Notes: a model not told the origin generated them from the sequence alone. DNA of 64,000 nt from Candidatus Acidiferrum sp. (GCA_036493835.1 DASXPD010000129.1:7466-71465); one strand, 5' to 3'. Shown: positions 20,072 through 29,157, counted from the stretch's first letter. Numbers and translations: made by a program.

Positions 20072-20926
20072 ATGTTCCAACCCACTCTCTTCCACAACCG
20101 CGCCATCCTCATCTCCGGCGGCGGCTCCGGCCTTGGCCGCAGCATGGCCCTCAAATTCGCCGAACTCGGCGCCCAAATCTTTATCATCGGGCGCCGCGAA
20201 CAACCTCTGAAAGACACATGCGAAGAAATCCGCCGCGCCGGAGGCTCGGCCGGATTCGCCACCGCCGACGTCCGCGAACCATCCGCCGTCGAAGCCGCTG
20301 TCGACACCGCCTTCAATCAATTCGGCCGCATCGACACGCTCGTCAACAACGCCGCCGGCAATTTCATGGCCCGCACCGAAACCCTCAGCGCCAACGCTTT
20401 CTCCGCGGTTGTAGGTATCGTGTTAAACGGCTCGTTCAACTGCACGCAAGCCCTCGCCAAACATTGGATCGCCGACAAACAAGGTGGGAACATCCTCAAC
20501 ATCGTCACAACTTACGCCGCCGCAAATTCCGGCTCCGCGTTCGTCGTGCCCTCCGCCTGCGCCAAAGCAGGCGTGCTCGCCATGACCACTTCTCTCGCCG
20601 TCGAGTGGGCAAAATACAAAATCCGCGTCAACGCCATCGCCCCCGGCCCATTTCCCACCGAAGGCGCCTGGTCGCGCCTCATGCCCTCAAAACAATTCGA
20701 GGATCACGCCCGCGAGTCACATCCGATGAAGCGCTTCGGCCGCCACGATGAACTCACCAACCTCGCCGCCTTCCTCCTCAGCAACATGTCCGAATACATC
20801 AACGGCGAATGCGTCGTCATCGACGGCGCCCTCTGGCTCCGCGGCGCCGGCGAATTCAACGATTTGCTGGCCCTACCCGAAAGTGCGTGGCAGGCAATGG
20901 AGTCGTCGCGCTCGAAGAAATCCTGA
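20072..20926 (+). CDS. SDR oxidoreductase, 2,4-dienoyl-CoA reductase-like
   Basis: SGGGSGLG, LVNNAAGNF, SACAKAG, NAIAPGPFPT. Confidence 0.9.
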   Translation: MFQPTLFHNRAILISGGGSGLGRSMALKFAELGAQIFIIGRREQPLKDTCEEIRRAGGSAGFATADVREPSAVEAAVDTAFNQFGRIDTLVNNAAGNFMARTETLSANAFSAVVGIVLNGSFNCTQALAKHWIADKQGGNILNIVTTYAAANSGSAFVVPSACAKAGVLAMTTSLAVEWAKYKIRVNAIAPGPFPTEGAWSRLMPSKQFEDHARESHPMKRFGRHDELTNLAAFLLSNMSEYINGECVVIDGALWLRGAGEFNDLLALPESAWQAMESSRSKKS

Positions 20927-20964
20927 CCGCTCAAATTTCAACGCTTGGCAAAATCTGGAAGGAC

Positions 20965-21047
20965 TGTCATTCCGACCGGAGCAAGCCGACGTCTTTTCTT
21001 CGCATTCACTTCCTGTGAATGCATCGGCTTGTGTAGTGGAGGAACCT
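20965..21047. repeat. REP-like element copy 2
   Basis: TGTCATTCCGACCGGAGC...GTAGTGGAGGAACCT with the same internal architecture. Confidence 0.8.
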
Positions 21048-21133
21048 CTCTTCGATCTCGCCGTCAGGACAGGCGTTGCACAAAAGCTCTGTTTTTTCTT
21101 TGTGTTTGCACAACACGACCGCCGCTAAAAAAT

Positions 21134-21236
21134 TGTCATCCCGACCGAAGCGGGCCGGGCCTTCTCTTTCGCGTTCGCCCGAAGGCCCTGAGCCTCGAAG
21201 GGTGCGAACGCGCCGGTCCGCGCAGCGGAGGGACCT
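21134..21236. repeat. REP-like element copy 3 with expanded loop
   Basis: TGTCATCCCGACCGAAGC...GCAGCGGAGGGACCT. Confidence 0.8.
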
Positions 21237-21302
21237 TGGCTACCTCTCAACACAACTCCCAACCGATGAGACTCGCTTCCATCCTGCCGCTCACGTTCTC
21301 AC

Positions 21303-22751
21303 TCACTCCGGCAGTGCCTTCTTCCTCAACTCCACCTTCATCTTCACCACCCCAATCTCTTTCCCATCCGCTTCCGCCTTCACGCTAACTTCCTTCGCAT
21401 CCTCTCTACTCTTCTTCTCATCCGCCAGCCCAGGCAAATTAATTTCCACCCGCGCCCCAGCAGTCTGCTTTTCCCCAACCACAAATTTCCCGGCACCACT
21501 CGCCACCGTCCACCCCGCTGGCAATTCCGCGCTCAATGTAATTTCTTTTTTCCCCGCCGTCGCATTCCTCACCCACAACGGAATCACCAACGTCGTCCCC
21601 GCCTGCAACGCAACCTCCGGCGGCTCCGGGTGCGGCAAATGCGTCAGCCCATGCGCCGTTCGAAAATCCGCATAAAACTTCCACGGCCCCGCCAATTCCA
21701 CTGACAACTCCGCCGCTCCGCTCGGCAACGCAAACGAAAACGCCTCCCTCCGAAACGGAATCGGATCGCTCGTCACATTTTCGAATATCGGCGCGGTCAC
21801 GTTTCCGCCCACCAACGATTTCCCCGACACAAATCGCTGTTCGTCAGCCCAACCATCCGCCTTCATCATTTTTTCAATCGCCGCGTCATCCATTTTGTCC
21901 AGCTGCTCGGCAAAACTCTTCGCCTGTGTCTGGTGCACTCGAAACGCATCCAGCGAAGCGCGCCAGTACGGCTTCTTCGACGACTTCGAGATCTCTTTCA
22001 CCGAGTACGACGGCCCCTTGCCCTTGAAAATGTCTTCCCGCTCCGCATCCGGAAAATAGAAAATCTTTTTCGGCTGCCACGGCCGCAACCCTTCGAGATA
22101 CGGTTCCAGCCTCTTCAAAGGCTCCGCAACCTGATTCGGAAACACCGTCGGATCGCCCGCAAGATCGAACGCCTCCGTCGCCACAACTCCCGCCGCCTGA
22201 TGATCCCCGTGGTCCTCGCCAATAAATGTCCCTGGCAAAAATGTCAGCACGACTTCCGGACGCGTCAGCCGCACCAGCCGCACAAGTTGTTCGAGCGCCG
22301 CGCCATGCTCCCAGTTCGCCAGCGACACCAGCACGTCCTGCCCCGCCGTATCTTTCCCATCCAGAAACCAAACATTCGTGATCCCCAAAGTCGCATTCGC
22401 TCGGCGCGCCTCAATCTCACGAATCGCCGCCAGCGCCGAAGCCTGCTCCGTCCCGACTTCATTCCCCCCGTTCCCGCCGCGCGTCCCGTACACCACCGCC
22501 ACGCGCTTCCCCTCATCGATCGCCCGCGCCAAATACGCCGTCGCCGCCCCTTCATCGTCCGGATGCGCCACAACCAGAAGAATATCCGCCTTGTATCGAG
22601 TATCCGGCTCCCGCAGTTCCACCGCCGCCGGCGCAGGAGGTGTCTTGCCATCCGCCGCGTTCTGCCCACGCGCCGCCCCTACACCAGTCAGCAGCCAGCA
22701 AGTCACCGCCGCAGTCGCAAAACGCCTTCCACCCATCCGCCCTTTTCTCAT
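21303..22751 (-). CDS. PIG-L family deacetylase, secreted
   Basis: LVVAHPDDE, IREIEARRA, DHGDHQ. Confidence 0.9.
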   Translation of the reverse strand: MRKGRMGGRRFATAAVTCWLLTGVGAARGQNAADGKTPPAPAAVELREPDTRYKADILLVVAHPDDEGAATAYLARAIDEGKRVAVVYGTRGGNGGNEVGTEQASALAAIREIEARRANATLGITNVWFLDGKDTAGQDVLVSLANWEHGAALEQLVRLVRLTRPEVVLTFLPGTFIGEDHGDHQAAGVVATEAFDLAGDPTVFPNQVAEPLKRLEPYLEGLRPWQPKKIFYFPDAEREDIFKGKGPSYSVKEISKSSKKPYWRASLDAFRVHQTQAKSFAEQLDKMDDAAIEKMMKADGWADEQRFVSGKSLVGGNVTAPIFENVTSDPIPFRREAFSFALPSGAAELSVELAGPWKFYADFRTAHGLTHLPHPEPPEVALQAGTTLVIPLWVRNATAGKKEITLSAELPAGWTVASGAGKFVVGEKQTAGARVEINLPGLADEKKSREDAKEVSVKAEADGKEIGVVKMKVELRKKALPE

Positions 22752-22902
22752 TCCGCTCCCCTGAACCGACTCTCCAATTCATCGCCGCGTCGTCTAAAAC
22801 GAAAAAGTGTACCGCGTCTCCGCCAAAAACCGTTTAGTCGGAACACATTACTTCACCGCTCGACTCGCGGTGGCTTCGACAGGTAAGGCTATACTGCCCG
22901 CC

Positions 22903-24306
22903 ATGCGCCGCGCCCTCTCGATCCTGCTTATTCTTTGCCCCCTTGTCGCCGCGCAAAATCCCCCCGCGCCGACTCCAATCGCTCCCGTCCCGGGCCGAGT
23001 CGAGCCCCATCGAATCTGCGCCTCCAAACCCGACCAAACCTACGCCCTCTACCTTCCCTCCAATTACACGCCCACCAAAAAATGGCCCATCGTCTACGCC
23101 TACGACCCTTCCGCCCGCGGCGACCGCCCCGTCGACACCCTGAAAGCCGGCGCCGAAAAATACGGCTACATCGTCGCCGCGTCCAACAACTCCCGCAACG
23201 GCGCCTGGGCTCCCGAACTCGAAGCCGCCCAAGCCGTCTCCGACGACACCCACACCATCCTCTCGATCGACGATCATCGCGTTTATTTCACCGGCTTCTC
23301 CGGCGGCGCCCGCGTAGCAGGACGCATCGCACAACTATGCAAATGCGCCGCAGGCGTCTACCTCAACGGCGCCGGCTTCCCCAGCGGCACGAGCCCGTCG
23401 CCAAAGGACGCCGCTTTCCCGATCTTCGCCGCAGTCGGCAACCTCGACTTCAACTTCCCCGAAGTCACCCGCCTCGACGAAGCTCTAGCCGTCGCCGGCT
23501 ATCCGCATTTTCTCCGCTATTTCGACGGCCCGCATCAATGGGCCCCCGCCGAAGTCGCCGAAGAAGCCCTAGCCTGGTTTCGCCTCTTCGCGATGAAAAA
23601 AAATCTCACGCCGCGGGATCCCGACTTCATAGCCAGCCAGCGCGAAGCCGAAATCGCCCGCGCCAAATCTTTCGAGCAGTCCGGAAATTTGTTCTACGCC
23701 TTCCGCGAGTACAACCAAGCCATCGCAATTTTCGACGGCCTCGCCGATGTCGCGCCGTTCCGCAAAGCCGCCGATGCCCTCGCCTCGCAAAAAGCTGTCC
23801 GCGACGGCCCCAAGCGCCAGCAGCGCGACTTCGAAGAGCAAAAAAACCTCATCGCCGACATCACCACTTCCATGGCGAACTTCCGCACGAACACTCCCGA
23901 CCTCGCCGGCGACGTCAGCGCCACAAAACTGAAAGTCGCCAGTCTCCGCGAAGCCTCCACCCACGAAAAGAAACCCGAAAAGGCGATCATCCTGAAACGC
24001 GCCGTCGCCGACGTCTTCGTCCAAGCCATGGAAACCGGCAGCGACCGCCTCGACGCCAAGGAATATTCCCTCGCCAAAAATTATTACGTTCTCGCCACCG
24101 AGGCCATGCCCGACAGCCCAAACGCTTTCCGCACCCTCGCCATCTGCCAAGCCATGAACAACAACCGAAAAGCCGCCCTCGAATCCCTCCGCGAAGCCAA
24201 ATCCAAAGTGAAAGACATGCCCCCCTTCCTCGAATGGCTCCAGTCCGAACCCGCCTTCGCCCCCTTCCACGACGACCCCTCGTTCAAAGCCATCCTCGCC
24301 AACTAA
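22903..24306 (+). CDS. Secreted alpha/beta hydrolase (esterase-like) with C-terminal TPR region
   Basis: YALYLPSNY, nucleophile FTGFSGGA, FDGPHQW; helical C-terminus; ATG 22903. Confidence 0.8.
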   Translation: MRRALSILLILCPLVAAQNPPAPTPIAPVPGRVEPHRICASKPDQTYALYLPSNYTPTKKWPIVYAYDPSARGDRPVDTLKAGAEKYGYIVAASNNSRNGAWAPELEAAQAVSDDTHTILSIDDHRVYFTGFSGGARVAGRIAQLCKCAAGVYLNGAGFPSGTSPSPKDAAFPIFAAVGNLDFNFPEVTRLDEALAVAGYPHFLRYFDGPHQWAPAEVAEEALAWFRLFAMKKNLTPRDPDFIASQREAEIARAKSFEQSGNLFYAFREYNQAIAIFDGLADVAPFRKAADALASQKAVRDGPKRQQRDFEEQKNLIADITTSMANFRTNTPDLAGDVSATKLKVASLREASTHEKKPEKAIILKRAVADVFVQAMETGSDRLDAKEYSLAKNYYVLATEAMPDSPNAFRTLAICQAMNNNRKAALESLREAKSKVKDMPPFLEWLQSEPAFAPFHDDPSFKAILAN

Positions 24307-24411
24307 CTGTCCAGCTCGATTTGGTGGCCTCGGCTTCCAGCCGGCGTCTTTGCCGCCCACAACGGAAAGCTCAATCGTCGACCATAGATCCCGTCATTCG
24401 CATACATCCTC

Positions 24412-24487
24412 TTGACTTTTCCACAGCCTTGTGGTAGACTGATCTGCATTGAAAGTTGTCACCCAAAGCGCCCAAAAGGCGCTTTTT
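24412..24487 (+). promoter_or_regulatory. sigma70 promoter with DnaA-box-like spacer, followed closely by a terminator-like hairpin
   Basis: TTGACT(24412)-17-TAGACT(24435); TTTTCCACA at 24417; AAAGCGCC-caaaa-GGCGCTTT+TT at 24465-24487. Confidence 0.6.
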
Positions 24488-24501
24488 CCATTTTAGGCCA
24501 C

Positions 24502-24608
24502 CTGTAACCGCCTGATTCCAAAGCACCTACACACTCTCATTTTACGCCTCTGTAAGCCACTGATTTCGCACAACTTGCGCACTCTGCACAAAACAACCCG
24601 GGGGTACC
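24502..24608 (+). repeat. Non-coding repeat element, two 33-bp GTAA...CACTC units plus CACAAAACAACCCGGGGGT tail
   Basis: Units at 24504-24536 and 24552-24584; matches the reverse complement of 60683-60795. Confidence 0.75.
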
Positions 24609-24686
24609 CTGGCTTTCATACAGGTATAGCTATCGATATGCTGTTTGTAATATAATATGGCTATCGATCTGCTTTATGACATACAC

Positions 24687-24932
24687 ATGAGCGATCGAAC
24701 CCAAAGCAAGAGGTCCCCCGTGGAAACCGTAAAAGTCTCTCCCAAATTTCAAATCGTGATCCCCAAGACCGTTCGCGAATCCCTAAAGCTTGAGCCGGGC
24801 CAGGAACTCTATATTTACGCCGTCGACGGCTCAATCCGTGTCAGTCGGCCCCGTTCCATCAAAGATCTCCGCGGCATGGCCAGGGGGCTGAAGTGGAAGG
24901 ATGACTACCGTGATCGAAACGACCGCTTCTAA
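24687..24932 (+). CDS. AbrB/MazE/SpoVT family antitoxin
   Basis: VKVSPKFQIVIPKTVRESLKLEPG; overlaps downstream PIN gene; start 24687 or GTG 24720. Confidence 0.88.
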   Translation: MSDRTQSKRSPVETVKVSPKFQIVIPKTVRESLKLEPGQELYIYAVDGSIRVSRPRSIKDLRGMARGLKWKDDYRDRNDRF

Positions 24933-25299
24933 TTCCGTCGTTATCGACTCCTCCGGCTGGCTCGAATACATCACCGGCGATCAGAAGGCCGATCTCTTCG
25001 CGCCCTACTTCGAGACCGACGTACGCATTCTCGTGCCCGTCATAGTCTTGTATGAAGTACGGAAAGTCTTGCTCAGGAGCTTCTCCGAAACGATGGCCGA
25101 CATTTTTCAGTCCAACGCGCTTCGGCACGAAGTCATCAACATCGACGAATACATCGCAATGTCAGCGGCGACGCTCAGCCTGAAATACAAACTCGCCATG
25201 GCAGACGCGCTAATTTGCGCAACAGCACAACGCTATGAGGCACAGCTGGTTACCTCCGACGCACACTTCGACAACGTTCCCGGAGTCACACTTTTGTAG
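24901..25299 (+). CDS. vapC: PIN-domain toxin (VapC family)
   Basis: VVIDSSGWLEY, VLYEV, ADALICATA, LVTSDAHF; start may be GTG 24910. Confidence 0.9.
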   Translation: MTTVIETTASNSVVIDSSGWLEYITGDQKADLFAPYFETDVRILVPVIVLYEVRKVLLRSFSETMADIFQSNALRHEVINIDEYIAMSAATLSLKYKLAMADALICATAQRYEAQLVTSDAHFDNVPGVTLL

Positions 25300-25445
25300 A
25301 GGCACGGCACCGCCTTGCCCGTCTTTACGCTCATAAGCACAGGTTCTGTCCAACACGCGACGCTTGGACAAATACCTCCGCTGCCTTGACCGTCGTGGAT
25401 GTGGCCTTTAAGCTTGGTGTTTCTTACTTCGGGTGAACTCACAGC

Positions 25446-27473
25446 ATGGCGTCGATTCAAATTACTTTGCCGGATGGTTCAGTGCAGGAAGTGCCCCAGG
25501 GCACAACTCCGGCGGATATCGCGCGCAAGATTTCGCCGCGTCTCGCCGACGCCGCTCTCGTCGCGCGCATCTCCGATCCATCGGCATCCAGCGCAAACGC
25601 GCAAGCAACCGGCGCAAACGCTACCGCACTCGGCACCGACGACGGCTACCAGAGCAACAACGCCGGCGAGCTGATCGACCTCCGCCGCCCGCTCGACCAC
25701 AACGTCAAACTCCAGATCCTCACTGAAAAAGATCCCGACTCGCTCTACGTTTTCCGCCACTCCGCCGCGCATCTTCTCGCCGCCGCCGTGATGGAGCTTT
25801 ACCCCAATGTAAAACTCGGCATCGGCCCGCCGATCGACACCGGCTTCTTCTACGAATTTCTTCGCGAACAGCCGTTCACTCCCGAAGATCTCGAAAAAAT
25901 CGAAAAGAAAATGCACGAGCTCGCCGCTCAGGATCTCCCGAACGAGCGCAAACTCGTCCCGAAACCCGAAGCCGTCGAGCTCTACAAAAAATCCGACCAG
26001 ATTTTCAAATGCGAGCTGGTAGAAGAAAAAGCCACCGACCCGATGGTCTCCTTCTACACCACCGGAAAATTCATCGACTTCTGCCGCGGCCCGCACATTC
26101 CTTCCACCAAGCGCATCCAGGCCTTCAAATTGATGAGCGTCGCCGGCGCCTACTGGAAAGGCCGCGAAGGCAATCCGCAGCTCCAGCGCATTTACGCCGC
26201 CTGCTTCTACACACAAAAAGAACTCGACGCGTATCTCCATCGCCTCGAAGAAGCGAAGCGCCGCGATCATCGCAAGCTTGGCGCCGAACTCGATCTTTTC
26301 AGCATCGAGGACGAAGCCGGCCCCGGCCTGATTTTTTGGCATCCCAAAGGCGGCTTGATCCGCACCATCGTCGAAGACTGGCTGCGCGCCGAACTCTTCA
26401 AGCGCGGCTACGATATCGTCTACACACCGCACATCATGCGCCGCGAACTCTGGAACACCAGCGGCCACACCGGCTTTTACAAAGACAATATGTTCGGCCC
26501 CGTGGAAGTCGAAAAAGCCGAATACCAGCTCAAGCCGATGAATTGCCCCGGCCACATCCTGATTTACAAATCAAAGTTGCGCAGCTATCGCGATCTGCCA
26601 GTGCGCCTCGCCGAACTCGGCACCGTGTATCGCTACGAACGCAGCGGCGTTCTCCATGGATTGCTCCGCGTCCGCGGTTTTACTCAGGACGACGCCCACA
26701 TCTTCTGCATGCCGTCGCAAATCGAAAGTGAGGTCGAAGCCTGCATCGACTTCGCCTTCGCCGTCATGAAAAATTTCGGCTTCGAGCAATTCGAGGTCGA
26801 ACTTTCCGACTGGGACGAATCGCATCCCGAAAATTACGCGGGCAAGCCCGAAGACTGGCATCGCGCGACCAACGCGCTCGCCGAAACCATGACGCGCATC
26901 AAGGTCCCGTTCAAGCGCATCGCCGGCGAAGCCGCATTCTACGGCCCCAAAATCGACGTCAAATTGATCGACGCCATCGGCCGCTCGTGGCAGCTCACTA
27001 CCGTGCAGTTTGATTTCAATTTGCCCGCGCGCTTCAAACTCGAATACGTCGGCGAAGACGGCGCTCGCCATCAACCTTTGATGGTCCACCGCGCGCTGCT
27101 CGGTTCCGTCGAGCGCTTCTTCGGCATTCTCGTCGAGCACTACGCCGGCGCATTTCCGCTCTGGCTCGCTCCGGTGCAGGTGCAAGTCTGCCCCGTCAGC
27201 GAAAAAGTCATCGACTACGCCAAGCATGTCACCGACACGCTGAAGCGTCACGGCACACGCGTCCATCTCGACGAGCGCAACGAAAAGCTGCCGGCGAAAA
27301 TTCGCGACGCGCAGCTGCAAAAAATTCCCTACATGCTCGTGGTCGGCGGCAAAGAAGCCGAAGCCGGAACCGTTTCCGTCCGCCACCGCACCAAGGGCGA
27401 CCTCGGCCCCAAGCCGCTCGCGGAATTCCTTGCGTCCCTCCAAACCGAAATCGACTCGCGCACGATCGCGTAA
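25446..27473 (+). CDS. thrS: Threonine--tRNA ligase
   Basis: TGS domain, RHSAAH, DFCRGPH, RDHRKLG, KPMNCPGH, LRVRGFTQDDAH, anticodon domain. Confidence 0.98.
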   Translation: MASIQITLPDGSVQEVPQGTTPADIARKISPRLADAALVARISDPSASSANAQATGANATALGTDDGYQSNNAGELIDLRRPLDHNVKLQILTEKDPDSLYVFRHSAAHLLAAAVMELYPNVKLGIGPPIDTGFFYEFLREQPFTPEDLEKIEKKMHELAAQDLPNERKLVPKPEAVELYKKSDQIFKCELVEEKATDPMVSFYTTGKFIDFCRGPHIPSTKRIQAFKLMSVAGAYWKGREGNPQLQRIYAACFYTQKELDAYLHRLEEAKRRDHRKLGAELDLFSIEDEAGPGLIFWHPKGGLIRTIVEDWLRAELFKRGYDIVYTPHIMRRELWNTSGHTGFYKDNMFGPVEVEKAEYQLKPMNCPGHILIYKSKLRSYRDLPVRLAELGTVYRYERSGVLHGLLRVRGFTQDDAHIFCMPSQIESEVEACIDFAFAVMKNFGFEQFEVELSDWDESHPENYAGKPEDWHRATNALAETMTRIKVPFKRIAGEAAFYGPKIDVKLIDAIGRSWQLTTVQFDFNLPARFKLEYVGEDGARHQPLMVHRALLGSVERFFGILVEHYAGAFPLWLAPVQVQVCPVSEKVIDYAKHVTDTLKRHGTRVHLDERNEKLPAKIRDAQLQKIPYMLVVGGKEAEAGTVSVRHRTKGDLGPKPLAEFLASLQTEIDSRTIA

Positions 27474-28206
27474 TGCCAAGCGAGCCTCGGCCGCGCCTTC
27501 GGCGAAAGCCAAACTTGTACAGCCATCGCCCGAGCAAATTCACGCAACGGCCTCTGCTCCGCTCATCCACGTAACCGAGGAATTTTTCGCCGAAGCCGTC
27601 CGCGAACTCACCGAGCGCGACACCGATCTAAAACGCGTCGTCGAAAAATACGGCGTCCCGCCGCTCTGGGTCCGCGAACCCGGTTTTCCCACGCTCGTCT
27701 ACATCATTCTCGAGCAGCAAGTCTCGCTCGCTTCAGCCCGCGCTCTATACCAAAAACTCGAAAAGACCGTTCGCCCCTTCACTCCCGAAAAATTCCTCAA
27801 GCTCACGGAAGTCGAAATGCGCCAGCTGGGCTTCAGCCGCCAGAAAGCGCACTACACGCGCCTGCTCGCCGACGCCATCGAGCAAAACCAATTCGATCTT
27901 GATGCGCTGCCCGCACTCCACGACGATCACGCCCGCGAAAAATTAGTCGCTCTAAAAGGAATCGGCCGCTGGACCTCCGACATTTATCTCCTCAGCGCCC
28001 TCCGCCGTCCCGACATCTGGCCCGTCGGCGATCTCGCACTCGCCACCGCCGTGCAAGAAGTAAAACAACTCCGCAAGCGCCCCAGCCCTGAAAAACTCGA
28101 AAAAATGAGCGCTCCCTGGAAACCATTCCGCGCCATCGCCGCCCGCCTCTTCTGGCACGCCTACCTCTGCAAACGCGGCCAAAACTCCGCGACCATCAGC
28201 TTGTAG
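27430..28206 (+). CDS. DNA-3-methyladenine glycosylase II (AlkA/HhH-GPD family); start uncertain
   Basis: IILEQQVSLASA, GFSRQK, LKGIGRWT, DIWPVGDL, WKPFRAIA. Confidence 0.88.
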   Translation: MRPSKPKSTRARSRNAKRASAAPSAKAKLVQPSPEQIHATASAPLIHVTEEFFAEAVRELTERDTDLKRVVEKYGVPPLWVREPGFPTLVYIILEQQVSLASARALYQKLEKTVRPFTPEKFLKLTEVEMRQLGFSRQKAHYTRLLADAIEQNQFDLDALPALHDDHAREKLVALKGIGRWTSDIYLLSALRRPDIWPVGDLALATAVQEVKQLRKRPSPEKLEKMSAPWKPFRAIAARLFWHAYLCKRGQNSATISL

Positions 28207-28340
28207 CGCGCGCAAAATTCGCTTGTGAATTTGACCAAAGTCGCCGGCAAGGATTCCAGCACTACCAGCGCAACGAATCTAACGACCTCAACTCCACGTG
28301 ACGCTGGCACATACTCCATCGCTCGTGATAGCTTCGCGGA

Positions 28341-29060
28341 ATGCAGCATCTTTCGCGACGACGATTCCTTTTCACAGCGAGTGCCGCACTCGCAGCAGCG
28401 CGCATCTCACGAGCAGCGCCACAGGAGATCGTTCCCAAATTGCTCGACCATATTTTGGTCGGTAGCCCCGACCTCGACGCCGGTATCAAATTCGTCGAAG
28501 AGCGCACCGGCGTCCGCGCCGCATTCGGCGGCGTCCATCCCGGCGCCGGCACGCGAAACGCGCTGCTCTCGCTCGGCAAAAATCGCTATCTCGAAATCAT
28601 CGCGCCCGATCCGAAGCAGCCCGCTTCCGCCGACGTCCGCGATCTTCGCAAACTCGAAGAGCCCGTCTTGATCGGCTGGGCGCAGCATCCCGGAGATATC
28701 GAAGCGTTCGCGCAACGCCTCAAATCCGAAGGAGTCGAAGTAATCGGCCCCAAGCCCGGTTCGCGCAAACGTCCCGACGGCCGCGTCCTGAACTGGAAAA
28801 CACTCGCACTAAAAGATGACGCCGGCGGCCTTTTCCCGTTCTTTATCGAATGGAGCGCAGGTACAATTCATCCCTCGGTCGACGCGCCGCAAGGCTGCAC
28901 CCTCGAACTTTTCGAAGCCATCGCGACCGAGCAAACCCTCGTCCCGCTGCGCCACCGAGCCGGCCAGCTCAATCTCGACCTCAAGCTAACTTCCGGCCGC
29001 ACCCCTCATCTCCACGCCATCGTCGCCGGCCCCAAAGGCCTCCTAGAAATCACGTTTTAG
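28341..29060 (+). CDS. VOC/glyoxalase-like protein with twin-arginine signal
   Basis: SRRRFLF; LDHILVG, GGVHPGAGTRNALLSLG, PFFIEW. Confidence 0.85.
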   Translation: MQHLSRRRFLFTASAALAAARISRAAPQEIVPKLLDHILVGSPDLDAGIKFVEERTGVRAAFGGVHPGAGTRNALLSLGKNRYLEIIAPDPKQPASADVRDLRKLEEPVLIGWAQHPGDIEAFAQRLKSEGVEVIGPKPGSRKRPDGRVLNWKTLALKDDAGGLFPFFIEWSAGTIHPSVDAPQGCTLELFEAIATEQTLVPLRHRAGQLNLDLKLTSGRTPHLHAIVAGPKGLLEITF

Positions 29061-29157
29061 TGTCCGGACGGCCAGTTGATTGTTTCGAGCGGCTGCTATT
29101 ACTAAGTACGTAAAGGGCTATATCCACTAACTTGGTACCCGTGATATCTTCCGCACC

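Noticed and set aside
24447-24456. ATTGAAAG resembling a CRISPR repeat end
   Set aside because: Single occurrence, no spaced repeats and no cas genes in the window
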